A stretch of DNA of 64,000 nt from Thecamonas trahens ATCC 50062 (GCF_000142905.1 NW_013657624.1:165782-229781), one strand, 5' to 3'; positions 21,395-33,700 are shown, numbered from the stretch's first letter. Notes: generated by a model from the sequence alone, not told the origin. Program-made: numbers and translations.

Positions 21395-21734
21395 ACAAAT
21401 GATCGTAACGAATGATCACATGGCAACGATCACCACCAACAATCACCACCAACAATCACCCCCACAACGATCACCACCAACAATCACCCCCACAACGATC
21501 ACCACCACCACCACCATCACCAACCACCAACGATCATCCCAACGATAAAACAATCGTTTGACTGACAAATGATCGTAACGAATGATCACATGGCAACGAT
21601 CACCACCAACGATCACCACCAACAATCACCCCCACAACGATCACCACCAACAATCACCCCCACAACGATCACCACCACCACCACCATCACCAACCACCAA
21701 CGATCATCCCAACGACAAAACAATCGTTTGACTG
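21395..21734 (+). repeat. 170-bp tandem duplication (2 copies) built of CAC/AAC-rich subrepeats
   Basis: Copies at 21395-21564 and 21565-21734 differ at about 2 positions. Confidence 0.92.
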
Positions 21735-21788
21735 CTCGACCGTTTTTCGCCGCTACACGTGACGCACCTGACCGTGAGCCCGTCGAAC

Positions 21789-22856
21789 ATGATGAACGCA
21801 GGCAGGACGTGTATGGTCCTCACACTTTTGCTGATGTGTGCGTATGCCTTGGTGGCTCCGCCTCCGCTCCCCTCGTTCACCTGCACGCGGCCGGAAACGC
21901 CTCCACCGCCGGCAGCGTCCATGCGGAGCCTACACCCGGGCAACGTCGATGTGGTCATGGCTTTGGGAGATTCGATCACGGCGGGCTTTGCCATGCGTGG
22001 CGTCTTTCCTGCCGATGTTCTCGAGTGGCGAGGCGATGTGTACTCGATGGGCGGGAACAAGGGCGCGCTGACGGTCGCCAACTTTATCAAGACGTACAAC
22101 AGTCATGTGGTCGGCGCCGCGACGGGAACGAGCCTGCCGCTGACAAAGGGCAAGGCGCTTAATGCTGCTGTGTCGGGTGCAAAGATCTCAGACGTGCCGG
22201 CACAGATCGAGTATCTCGAGCACACGTTCAAGACCAAGTACGCCTCGACGTCGCTGGCAGACTCGAACAAGCTGCTCACGCTCTGGATCGGCGCCAACGA
22301 CATCTGCGGCGCGTGCAAGCACGGCAACATCTCAGCGCAGGCTGCGGCGTACGAGGCCAAGATGGAGGCGGTGCTCGACAAGGTCTTTGCCACATTTCCG
22401 CGCACCTTTGTCTCGGTCCTCACCATCTTCAACGTCTCGGACGTCTACGTCGCCGGCCAGCAGAAGGCCTACTGCCGCGAGATCTTCAAGATCGTCCAGT
22501 CCGAGTGCGGATGCATGGAAAAGTACGGCTGGGAGGGCCGCGCCGCCATGGGCGAGGCCGTCGTTGCCTTCAACAACGTTACCCACGCCGTCGTCGCCAA
22601 GTTCCAGGCCAAGCTCGATCCGGCCACCTCCTGGGTCGTCGTCCAGCCACAGAACGAGCGTGCGAACATCCCAGCCATGGGCGAGGACTACCTCTCCGAT
22701 CTGGACTGCTTCCACCCGTCGCTGTTTGGTGACAAGGCCTTTGCCATCGGCCTCTGGAACAACATGTTCCTCCCGCCCGATCGCAAGGTCCACACCCTCA
22801 ACCCGACCGTCGACGGCCATATCTACTGTCCGACCTCTTCAGACGTCATTCAGTAG
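21789..22856 (+). CDS. Secreted phospholipase B1-like SGNH/GDSL lipase
   Basis: Signal peptide; LHPGNVDVVMALGDSITAGF, LNAAVSGA, TLWIGANDIC and DCFHPS..AIGLWNNM motifs. Confidence 0.92.
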   Translation: MMNAGRTCMVLTLLLMCAYALVAPPPLPSFTCTRPETPPPPAASMRSLHPGNVDVVMALGDSITAGFAMRGVFPADVLEWRGDVYSMGGNKGALTVANFIKTYNSHVVGAATGTSLPLTKGKALNAAVSGAKISDVPAQIEYLEHTFKTKYASTSLADSNKLLTLWIGANDICGACKHGNISAQAAAYEAKMEAVLDKVFATFPRTFVSVLTIFNVSDVYVAGQQKAYCREIFKIVQSECGCMEKYGWEGRAAMGEAVVAFNNVTHAVVAKFQAKLDPATSWVVVQPQNERANIPAMGEDYLSDLDCFHPSLFGDKAFAIGLWNNMFLPPDRKVHTLNPTVDGHIYCPTSSDVIQ

Positions 22857-23097
22857 TCACCCCTCCGCCTGCCCGCCAATTCCCACAACCTCTGGCCGCA
22901 CCGCGCCGAACCCAACCTTGACTCGATCGCAGCGCAAAGTCGGATCGGATCGAGTCCGCCTTGGCGAGTCGAACGCGTCGTTGTCGGCTGCGGGACCGAT
23001 TGTTTTCATTTCACACACACCACTCTCGCCTCCGGTCCGCCCCCGTGCGGTCCGCTCCCCCCTTTCTTCTTCCTTCCTCCACCCCATGTGGACCCCC

Positions 23098-23116
23098 TAG
23101 CCAATGAGTACGTCAC
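23098..23116 (+). promoter_or_regulatory. CCAAT box (TAGCCAATGAG) adjacent to a CRE-like TACGTCAC
   Basis: The identical 11-mer TAGCCAATGAG recurs at 56033 in the MOT1/XRN2 divergent promoter. TAGCCAAT also occurs at 10141 and TACGTCAC at 47582. Confidence 0.45.
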
Positions 23117-23289
23117 ACGCCATGCCTCCCCTCCTTGCCTGCATACCCTACAGACGCGCGTCCTTGCGGACGGCGGCTGTGTAGGGGCTGTGGGTTGGGC
23201 TATTTTTTCGAGATGGTGAGATTGTCGCGGCTGCGACTTCCCCCAAAAAATCGATGACTGCGCGCTCAGCGTGCTCTCGATGTCGCGGT

Positions 23290-23369
23290 GTACATGATGA
23301 GACGTAACGCTTGGCTACTGAATAACCATGTAGACTAGCAAAACAATATATCTTCTTTCCACTGATGCC
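23290..23369 (+). ncRNA. Box C/D snoRNA with two antisense elements to LSU rRNA
   Basis: Box C ATGATGA 23294-23300, D' CTGA 23318-23321, C'-like ATGTAGA 23328-23334, box D CTGA 23362-23365. Guides AACGCTTGGCT and TCTTCTTTCC are complementary to conserved LSU sequences AGCCAAGCGUU and GGAAAGAAGA. Confidence 0.8.
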
Positions 23370-23864
23370 CTTCCTCTCCATACGCTCCTGTCCGAGGAAG
23401 CGTGGAGATGGTCGGCACGACAATCCACCTTTATTTTTGTGTGTGTGTGTGGCCCCCAATTATTTCACGACCTTTTCTCACCGCTCCACGTCATCCTCAA
23501 CGAACACAGCTCGCTCTTTCTGCTCTCTATTCCGCCGCCCGCCTGTCCGTCACCAGCCTCAGGGTCTGCACGTCTCTTGTCCTCTGTCGATCAGACTGAC
23601 CCTTTTCCCATCGCTTCAGGGATCCTCCTCGATCGGAGCTTGCTCCACTTGGACTAACCGGACCGTATCCCTCCCTCCTCCCCCTCCCCACACTCCCCAC
23701 TCCCACCCCTACCCCCCCATCCCTTTTTCCCGCCTGCCCTTATTCCCATCCCTTCCCCCCTCTTCCCCCCCCCCCCCCCACACACACAATTGAAGCAAAT
23801 CTCGCCAATCTCCTCTCCTCTTCCCCCACAGCCGCACACCCAACTCGGCCCATACCCTGCATCG

Positions 23865-24623
23865 ATGGCCACCGACAGCCTTCCCGAGTGGGCTACGGAC
23901 CACGCATGCGGCAGCCTCGCCACGGTCTGTGTGGTCAACGAATGGTTGAGTGTGGCAGAGGAAGAACTCCTCCTGCACAAGGTGACCACCGTACCGAGCA
24001 AGCGATGGAAGGAGGTCCGCGGAAGGCGAGTCCAGTCATGGGGTGGTACGCCCATGGCCAAGGGGATGATTCCCCTTGCTCTCCCGCCTTGGCTCAAAAA
24101 TCTGTGCCAACGCCTCTCGTCGCCATCATCATCATCATCATCATCATCATCGTTGTCGCCACTCTTCTGCGACTCACCGGCCAACCACGCGCTGATCAAC
24201 GAGTACGCGGCCGGAGATGGCATTGCTGCCCATGAGGATGGGCCTCTGTACGAGGGCAAGGTGGCAATTGTCTCGCTGGGCGCGCCGATCGTCATGCAGT
24301 TCTTTGACAAGGTGTCGCGGGAGCAGATTGCGGCTGTTTTCCTCCCGCCGCGCTCGCTGCTTGTCTTTGCCCATGCCGCCTACACCGATGTCCTCCACTG
24401 CATCGACGCCCGTGAGCACGACGTCATAAGCCCCGAGACTGTCGACAACTACGCCGACGCCGCAGCTTGGTGCGCCGCCCATCCCTCCGCTGCCACTGTC
24501 CTCCATCCGCCCGCAACTGCCCCGCTCCCTGCTTCCCCGGCGTACACCGTCCCTCGCGCTACCCGTACCTCGATCACCATCCGCCGCGTCCTCAAGGTCT
24601 CCAAGTTCAAGCTCCGCCTCTGA
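23865..24623 (+). CDS. ALKBH6: AlkB-family 2OG-Fe(II) dioxygenase, ALKBH6-like
   Basis: WKEVRGRRVQSWGG...LPPWL...ANHALINEY..GDGIAAHEDGPLY...SLG...PRSLLV...LHCI...RTSITIRRV. Confidence 0.9.
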   Translation: MATDSLPEWATDHACGSLATVCVVNEWLSVAEEELLLHKVTTVPSKRWKEVRGRRVQSWGGTPMAKGMIPLALPPWLKNLCQRLSSPSSSSSSSSSLSPLFCDSPANHALINEYAAGDGIAAHEDGPLYEGKVAIVSLGAPIVMQFFDKVSREQIAAVFLPPRSLLVFAHAAYTDVLHCIDAREHDVISPETVDNYADAAAWCAAHPSAATVLHPPATAPLPASPAYTVPRATRTSITIRRVLKVSKFKLRL

Positions 24624-25121
24624 TCGCGCCGCCGTCCCACATGCGCACGCCGTATCACGCCACACGGTACCATACCGTGACGTCGCGCCTGGCTTGCGAG
24701 TCCCTTCACCACATCTGGGTTGCCGCCTGCCGGCTCAACGGCGACTCTACGGGCTCGATGACTCTTGGAGAGAGAAAGAGAACGAGGCTCTCTTCCAGTC
24801 TGCCCCTCTCCATCGCATCGCTACCACTCGCATCGTGCCTGCGTCCTGCCCACCCACCATCCCATCAGCGCTCTATCGCCGTCCATGCACCATCGACCTG
24901 ACGGGGTTTGGAAAGCGTAGCCAGGATCAATCGTTCGCTCCAGTATGACCTGCTTCGCCCAGCTGCTTTGCTCAGCTCGGGGCACGGCAGACAGGCACGG
25001 CCAAACAGCGAGGCGGTTGAGCATATGATTCAATACAATTGATTGAACGACAATGGCGTGCGGTAATTGCTACCACTCGTCTTCTTTCACAGAGACAACC
25101 AAGCTTTACGAAACTACCATC

Positions 25122-26129
25122 ATGTCTGCCAACACCGAGCAGTACGTTACCTCCATACCATCTCCTGACATCTTTCCCAACCTCTACCAGTACCACATGT
25201 ACCTCTGGTATTGGTACTCTCATAACTTTGCCCATACCCGCTACCTGTGGCAAAGCTGTCAACCCCCCCCCCCCCCCCCCACCCCTCACGGGGGGGAGGG
25301 GGGGGGACAGCCGGTTGTGGATGCGGCCATTTTTTTGGTGGATGGCGAGTTCGTCAAGCCGTCCCCCACACCCGTTCTGCACCTGCTACATGAGTGTTAC
25401 GGCTGTTGCGAGCATGCGCAAATCAACTACGACTTGTGCCACATCTCCATCATCCCCATACCCCACTTTCCCGCTCTCTATATCCTCTTCTTCCCCCACA
25501 CCACCCTCGGCCATCCCCGCCCCGCTCTGTCGGATTGATCGAGCCTCGCTCGGATCCTGACTCGGTCGGCCGGTCCTGAGGGGCTTCCTCAACCCGTAAC
25601 GGGCTTGCGGTATTTCCTTTGACGCGGAAAAGAAGCAGGATGGACATAGCGCATGTCGAACTATGCACCTACCTCGTTTTCCTGCCTTGTTCAGCTCATC
25701 TCCGCCATTGCGCCCGCCTTGCGCCATGTTTATGGAACACGGTGGGTGGCAAATTGGTGGCGGCGAGGAAGGCAGGCGAAGAAGCAGGGTCATGACGACC
25801 GCATGCGGAGGAGAGCAGGGTCATGACGACCGCATGCGGAGGAAAGCACATTGCGATGGACGACTCACACGCGATCCCCCCCCCCCCCCCCCTCCCCCCC
25901 CTCCCCCCCTCTCTCGGTACAACAGTATTGACAACCCGCCCGTGGAGTCGGGCATCCAGGGTGACATCACCGACGCCGACATCGACTCGAACTGGTTCGA
26001 GGTTGTCGAGTCGTTCGACGACATGGGCCTCCAGGAGAACCTCCTCCGTGGCATCTACGCCTACGGTTTCGAGCGCCCGTCTGCTATTCAGCAGCGCGCG
26101 ATTGTGCCGGTTCTGACTGGCCGTGACGT

Positions 26130-26162
<33 letters not shown>

Positions 26163-27135
26163 GGCGACGTTCACGATCTCGATCCTCCAGTCTGTGGACA
26201 CCTCGCTCAACGAGACGCAGGCTCTTGTGCTCGCGCCGACGCGCGAGCTTGCCACGCAGATTCAGTCGGTGATGATCGCGCTGGGCGACTACATGTCGAC
26301 GACTGTGCACGCGTGCATCGGTGGTACGCTGGTGCGCGAGGACATGCGCACGCTCGAGCAGGGCATCCACATCATTGTGGGTACGCCCGGCCGTGTGTTC
26401 GACATGATCAACCGCCGCGCGCTCCGCGTCGACCACCTCAAGATGTTTGTGCTCGATGAGGCTGATGAGATGCTCTCGCGTGGCTTCAAGGACCAGATCT
26501 ATGACATCTTCTGCCTGCTCCCGTCCAAGGTCCAGGTTGTCCTCCTCTCGGCCACCATGCCGCTCGATGTGCTCGAGGTGACGCAGCGCTTCATGCGCGA
26601 CCCGATCCGGATCCTCGTCAAGCGCGACGAGCTGACCCTTGAGGGTATCAAGCAGTTCTACGTCGCCGTCGAGCGCGAGGAGTGGAAGCTCGACACGCTC
26701 TGCGACCTGTACGAGACGCTGACCATCACCCAGGCCGTCATCTTCGTCAACACCCGCCGCAAGGTCGACTGGCTCACCAACATGATGACCGAGCGCGACT
26801 TTACCGTCTCGTCGATGCACGGTGACATGGAGCAGCGCGAGCGTGACCTCATCATGCAGGAGTTCCGCACCGGCTCGTCGCGTGTCCTCATCACCACCGA
26901 TCTGCTCGCCCGTGGTATCGATGTCCAGCAGGTTTCGCTCGTCATCAACTTTGACCTCCCGTCGAACCGCGAGAACTACGTGCACCGCATCGGCCGCGGT
27001 GGTCGTTTCGGCCGTAAGGGTGTCGCCATCAACTTTGTCACCAACGATGACGTCCGCATCCTGCGCGACCTCGAGGCTTTCTACTCGACCTCGATCGAGG
27101 AGATGCCCGCCACTGTTGCCGACCTCATCTCGTAA
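25122..27135 (+). CDS. EIF4A: Eukaryotic translation initiation factor 4A; exons 25122-25141 and 25926-27135
   Basis: [26 protein letters not shown] and HRIGRGGR motifs. MSANTE exon is joined by GTACGT(25142)...ACAG(25925). Confidence 0.96.
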
Positions 27136-27217
27136 GGCACTGTGCTCTGGACTCTAACAAACAACAAAGCTCTTTCGCTGCGTGGGCGAGTGTGTGCGTG
27201 TGTATGCAAGGGGGGCG

Positions 27218-28203
27218 CTAGTGCCATGCCGAGATGTTGCCCTTGGTGCGCGCGTTAAAGCCCGGGAGGCGCGACAGGTCCGACTGGCGCGAGGCGTTGG
27301 AGAGGTACGACGAGGCATACGACTCGTCGAGGCGCGAGGCCGAGGTTGAGGCGGTGCCGGGCGCGCGGTCGCGGCGGCGGCGACGACGGGCGGAAGGCGG
27401 CGGCGACGGGACGGCGTCGGGTGGGAGCGTGCCGAGGATCATGTCTGGGAACTGCTCGGCCATGGCCTTGAGGCCGCCGACAAGGAGGACCACGTTGTTG
27501 AAGCCCTGCTGAAAGAGGAGCTGCGCCACGCGCGGCGCGCGCTTCTCGGCCGAATCGTAGACAATAACGATCGAGTCGGTCTTGTTCTTGTACCTGCGGA
27601 GTTCTGGCGTAAAGACGTTGCACGAGCGGGAGAGGCGAGCTGCCGGAAAGTGGACTGCGCCGTCGAGGTGGCACTCTGCGTACTCGTCCTCGGTCCGGAT
27701 GTCGACGAGCAGGTAGCGGGGCTCAAAGTCCGGCTCGCCGCCCTCGAGGAACGACTCGATGGGTGACGCCGGTGAGGCCGGCCCGCGGAGCAGCGAGCCG
27801 CACGACGAGACCGACATGAACGACGACGCGGTCGACGGCCGCATGGCCCGCTCCGGCACCTGTGGCGCGCCCACTCCGCCGCGGACTGAGGGCCGGTATC
27901 GAGCTGACGACGAGTTGGCCAGAAGCGGAACCTCCTGGTCGGCCGTTTCGGGTGTCGCTGCCCGCATAGCGCTCACCGGCGACACCTCGGGCCCGTCGAG
28001 CGTCGGGAGCGGGCGCCCATCGTCATCGCCACCGGCATACGGAATCGGCGTCTGCGGCTCGCTCCCGGGAAACAGCTCACCACCTACGGCGTCCTCGTAC
28101 TCGCCCATGTTCTCCAGCGCCCGCATGTGCTCTGTCTGCACCAGCCGCATGAACTTGCGCGGCACAATACGGCGGAAGAGCTCACCCTTGCGCGGCGCCT
28201 CGG
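27218..28203 (-). CDS. CEP41: Centrosomal protein CEP41 (rhodanese-like domain), main exon; probable first exon at 28695-28657 across the gap
   Basis: ELFRRI motif; YLLVDIR..EY..CHL.GA..FPAARLSRSCN.FTPEL..YKN....VIVYD.....A.....QGFNNV.LL.GGLK. Acceptor CAACAG ends at 28204. Confidence 0.88.
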
Positions 28204-28311
28204 CTGTTGATCGACCGCCAGCCAGCCATATAGCCATGTCCACAGCCGAGGACGATGACCATGTACCGGAACCATTCCGATCATCGAAAATAAGTTACCA
28301 AACTCCCCCCT

Positions 28312-28572
28312 NNNNNNNNNNNNNNNNNNNNNNNNNNNNNNNNNNNNNNNNNNNNNNNNNNNNNNNNNNNNNNNNNNNNNNNNNNNNNNNNNNNNNNNNN
28401 NNNNNNNNNNNNNNNNNNNNNNNNNNNNNNNNNNNNNNNNNNNNNNNNNNNNNNNNNNNNNNNNNNNNNNNNNNNNNNNNNNNNNNNNNNNNNNNNNNNN
28501 NNNNNNNNNNNNNNNNNNNNNNNNNNNNNNNNNNNNNNNNNNNNNNNNNNNNNNNNNNNNNNNNNNNNNNNN
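28312..28572. other. Assembly gap (N run)
   Basis: N run, probably inside the CEP41 intron region. Confidence 1.
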
Positions 28573-29042
28573 TTTTTTTTTTTGCCCCGGGGCGGGGGGG
28601 GATGGGGAGGGGGTGCCTGTGTATGTGTGTGCCTGTGCATGGTGGGGACTACATACCCGCTCCTTCTTCTTCCGTGTAGAGTACGAGTACGGCATGTGGC
28701 AGAGATAGGTACAACCACCAGCTGTCTCGGTTGCCGCTCTTCCTCTTCTGGCGCCAACCTGGGACAGGCAAGCGCCAACCCATCACCACCCATAAAAATT
28801 TTTTACACCCACCCCCCACCCGCTACATCCCCGACTCCCCCTTCCCCCCCCCCCCCGCCCCACTGTCCCGCCAGCACGACCACCAGCGCGACAACGGGGA
28901 GGTGGCCAGGGACGCGAGTCAAGGACGACGACCACCTCACCCTCTCACCCTCTCACCGCCACGGACCTCAGAGCACGTTCGGCAGGTACAGCACGCACCC
29001 CCTATACCCCTATACCCCCCACCCTCCTCCTCACGTAGCCCT

Positions 29043-30781
29043 ATGCCGAGCGGACCGACGGCGAGCCGGCCGGGAGCAAGGAGGTCGTATGCTGGCTTCT
29101 ACCAAAACGCCACACTCCTCGCCGTGGGACGGACACCAGCAGCAAGACGGAAGGTCAACCCAAAGGCATTCCTTCCTGTTCCCTCGACACCCAATCGGAA
29201 CACTTCGGTCACTCTTTTCCGGCTGTCACTGCCGGTGGTGTGAACAATGCCAGTACGGGCAAGGAGGCTGAGACGGGCAGCTCAACTGGCAAGGCCATTG
29301 ATGGGCAGGGCCATCAGCATCGATCTCCATCATCATCCTCTGCTCAGACAACAGCAGCAGCAACAACAGCAACATCATCATCATCACCAGCAACAACAAC
29401 GACAACGTCATCGACTACAGCATCGTCGTCGTCCGTCCCGGACACCGCTGCCATCAACGCTACTTCATCGTCAGACAAGTCTGCCGTTCCGGCTGGTGGT
29501 GCTACTGCTGGTTCGGATGGAGTGGTGGCTATGGACGAGTCGTCGGCGGGAAGTGGGGCGGTGGCGGCGGCGGCTCCGCCAAAGGGCTACGAAGCTGTCA
29601 GGCCGTGGGCGGTGGTCGAGGATCTGCTGCTGGCCCATGCCGTCATGGCCTCAAAGATCGAAAAGCCAGAGACGACCGAGCATTGGGTCACCATCTCGCA
29701 GATGATCAAGGACAAGGTGGCCAACTCTGTGCGCGAGCCGGCGTTCTTCTCGCCGGCGCAGTGCAAGCTCCGCTACAACGAGCTGGTGGAGGAGACCATT
29801 CACAACACGCGCGGCAAGGCATCCGGCACGGCACAGGCCTCGCCGGGCGAGCAGGTTGTCCAGTCGCTCCTCCACAAGCGCCTCCGCGAGCTCAAGTCGT
29901 CACAGCGGATCAAGGAGAAGCTCATCAAGTGCATCGCCACCCAGATCGGCGACATCAAGTCCGGTGTCCTCGACGACGACCTGCACTACGTCATTGAGGC
30001 CAACGGGACGTACCCGGTCCGTGACATCTCCATGAACGGCATCTTTGCCTCGCCGCCGCCGCTCATCCACCGCAAGATCCAGCCCGGCATCGTCCTCTCC
30101 GGCTCGCTCAACCTCACACCGCTGGCCGACGACGTCGCCCCCTCGCGCTCCTCACGCTCCGCTCGGACCCCGGCCAAGGCCTCGGCATCAAAGTCCAAGG
30201 CCAAACCGAGCGCCACGCCCAAGGCCTCGCGCTCGCGCCGCAAGCGCTCGCGCTCATCTTCGGTCGCCGTCGAAGGCGACTCGGCGGCCTCCCCCGCCCC
30301 CGCCGCCGGTGACGATGGCGACGACGGCGACTCGAGCCCCGCTCGCTCGCGCAAGCGCCGCAAGGGCCTTACCGGCGACGACGGCATCGACGACTCGGAC
30401 ACCTCGGACGCCGGCGTCAAGAAGCGCGTGGCCAAGCTCAAGTCGCTCCTCAGAGTCATCACCTCGCACGCCTCGGCAAACCCGTTCAAGACGCCTGTCA
30501 CCGAAGACGTCGCCCCGGGCTACTTCTCCGTCGTCTCCAAGCCCATGGACCTCTCCACCATCCGCGAGCTCATCCGCGACGGCTCCATCACCACCTTTGC
30601 CGCCTTTAAGAGCGCCTTCCAGCTCATGATCGCCAACGCCCACAAGTACAACCCCAAGGGCAACGTCATCCACGAGATGGCCACCGAGATCTCAGAGTTT
30701 GGCCTCTCGCTCATCGCAAAGTATGCCACAGGCGCAGAGGCGGCGGCCACTCCGGGACGCCGCTCCCGCCGCACAGGCTGA
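29043..30781 (+). CDS. BRD8: BRD8-like protein (SANT-like N-terminus plus bromodomain); predicted exons 29043-29086 and 29254-30781
   Basis: W..EDLLLAHAV...W.TIS..IK...FFSPAQCKLRY.EL; bromodomain ANPFKTPV..DVAPGY...VSKPMDL...IANAHKYN. The first exon is inferred from an in-phase GTATGC...CCAG. Confidence 0.8.
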
Positions 30782-33700
30782 TCTGCTCCTGCCGGACAGC
30801 AAGATTAACACGAGCTCGTCGTCCTGACCCACCAGCGCATTGCTCACATGAGCTGGGTAAACACCAGCTCGTCACTCGCGATCGACAGCTCGCCCACCAT
30901 CTTTGCCACTCGCTCCCGCCACACCCCCGCCGCGCCCCGGCTCGCGCCAGCACCCGGACCATGGCGTGCTCCGCCGAGTGCCACTCCCCTCCACGCCCGC
31001 CGTCGCCGATGGCTCGCAGGACGGCAGCCCACCGGCGAGCCCATCGAGCCACCGTATCCGCATCGGCCTCAGCGATCCGCGCGTACAAGCCAGCAAACGC
31101 CACGTCGCACCCGACGTCTGCGCCTACCAGCATGACATTCTCGCACATGGCCGCCACCCCGTTCACGCTCGCCAGCACCTCCCGCTGCCAGCCGGTCTCA
31201 TCGAGTTCAGCCTCCATGCTGTACGCCGCCACGCCGAGCGCAGCGCCGGCCCAGCGGTGCGCGGCGCAGAGTACCGCCTCGTCAAGCACGTTGTCCCGCC
31301 AGCGGAGCACGCTAAGCGCCACAGACACCAGTCCGCGCGCCGCGAGTGAGTCGGGCGTGGCGTCTGCCGATGCCAGCGCGCCGCGGAGCCACGCGACCTG
31401 GCCCAGCCACGCCTGCAGCTCGCCGCGGAGTGGAAGCGACTCGGCATCGGCCTTTTTCAGCCGTGCGTGCAGCGTCCGCAGCGTCTTGGTCGCCGCACCC
31501 AACACCCCATCAGCACGCGCCTTGATCTCGGCCTCTAGCCGCGCCCGGAGCTTGGCCTCGGCTGCTGGCAGCGCCCGCGCCATGCCAAGCTTGCCCGCCG
31601 CACTCCGTACACCTGCCGACGCGCCCACCGGCGCAAGGTGCTCGATCGTCGCCGTGAGCCGGCGCTTCACGCTCGCCACCAGCGCCGAGAACAGGGCACC
31701 CTCGCTCGCGTGGACAACAGAAAACGCCGCCGCAGACGTCTGCGACCGCATCGTCGCCTGGGCAAAGACGTTGACTGGCTCCTTGTCCGCATCCAGCCGC
31801 CGCCCGTGCTCCAGAACCAGCACTGCCCGCATTTGCTCGCCGAGCACGGCGTCGACCCGCGCCAGCGCCCCGCGCGCCACGCTCGCCAGCGTCTCATCCA
31901 CGCCGTTGGCCACGCACGCAGGCACCGCCACCGCCATCACGGCGTCGAGCGTCTTGTGCTGGTGGAAGAACCACGACGAGAGCGCGTCGATGTGCTCGGC
32001 CTCGAGCGAGATCGCTGCCTCGGTGAGGCCGCCAAAGAGCACCTGCGACTGGCTCTGCACAGGCCGGACCAGTCGCGTCCGCGTGTGTACCGCCCGCGCA
32101 GGGTGGTTGGCCACAAGCTCCATCTTGGCCGCCTCCTCCATCAGCGCCCCGAGCCCGCTCGACATGTAGCTCATTGCACTCGTTGAGAACGAGTACGCCA
32201 CGTCGTCCGCCCCATCGACCGCAAGCCCGGCCTCAAGCCGCCTGTTCTCCTCCTCGCTTCCGCCTAGCGCCTCGACCACCGCCGCGGTAGCAGCACGTAC
32301 ATCGAGCTCCTCTCCCAGCAGCGACTCGATGGGCCAGCCAAGGACCGCCGCAAGCTCCACAATGCACTGCAGACAGAGCCAGTAGTTGCTGCGCCGAGCC
32401 GCCGACTCACAGGCCTCCTTGTCGACCACACTCGCCGCCAGCCAGCGTGCAAGCGACTCCAGCGCGTGCCGGACACGGACACACTCGGCATCGTCGTCCA
32501 TAACTGAGCAGCCGACCGCTGAGCGAAAGAAGGCGGTCACCGCAGGAATGGCCACCACAAGCGCCCGGCGGAAAAAGCCATGCGCAAGCGCAGCGAGCGG
32601 CGAGAACGGAAGCACCATCGCAGTCGCAGACAGGTCCGAGTGCGCAAAGGCGAGCTTGGTCCACAGCGGCGAAAAGGTGAGGAAGCCGAGCATCCGGGCA
32701 AGGACGACCGGATCAAGGACGTTGCGGGCGGAGAGCTCCGCAGGCGCCTTTGCCGTCTCAGGAAGGACCTCGCCCCGGGCAAAGAACATGGATGATCCCG
32801 ATGGAGGGTAGCTGAGCTTGCTACGGAGCATCTGGGTGACCTGCGAGGCAAAGACATGAGAGTCAAGGGCATCGAGGACGAGGAAAACGCAAAGTCGGCG
32901 TCGCCGAACACCTGCTCCGCCGCCTTGACCACGCTCTGCTGGCGGACGAGCGTCATCTTGCGACCCATGGCGCGATGTTTGGCCTTGACGCTCGAGAGCA
33001 TGGCCGAAGACCGCCCATTGCTTCTGCCCCGGCGCCCGCGCCCGCGATCGCCATGGCCCTTGCGCGAGCCGCGTCCTCTGCCTCCGGCCCGGGCGTCGCG
33101 GCCAGACCTGCGACTGCGCGACGAGGTCGCGCCGCTCGCGCTGTGTTTGTCGTTCTTGGCTGGCGTGCCTGACGACAGGCCCATGCGGCGCTCGAGCTGC
33201 GAGAGCTTGGCGCTGCCGACCTTGACCTGGTAGTTGGAGGCGAGAGCGGCGGCAGCGGCATCGGTGTCGGCAGCAGACATCACCGAGCCAGCCTCGGACG
33301 ACGCATAGTGGATGCCGAGCAGATCGTCGACAAAGACCCGCGCCAGGTACGAGTAGTTGTTCGGCTCGACGTCGACAATGAGAGTGGCGATGGCCTCGTC
33401 GAGCACCTGGGGTGACGCCGCCAGGTCAGCCTTGCTCACCCGCGACGCGAGGCGGACGACGGCCTTGAACGCCGATAGTGCCCGCTCGCGGTTGTTAAAC
33501 AGCTTGTTCTGGTCCGGATCCTTGCCCTTGGCATTGTCCGAGTGCTGCAGCTGCGTCGTCATCGACGGATCCACAGGCAGCGAGTGCGCTCCGCTAGCGA
33601 GCTCATCGTACACTTGCTCGATCCGCGCGCACGTTGCGGGCGCCACCTCACTCAGCAGCGAGTGATGGGCAAGCGCACCTAGTCCGACCACCCCGAGCGC

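Noticed and set aside
25910-25925. Non-canonical CG 3' splice site right after the eIF4A pyrimidine tract
   Set aside because: An in-frame canonical CAG lies 9 nt downstream and is the first AG after the branch motif.
25696-26985. Long antisense ORFs (e.g. opposite eIF4A, MOT1, ABCG, PH gene)
   Set aside because: Expected shadow ORFs from high GC3 codon bias; no independent motifs.
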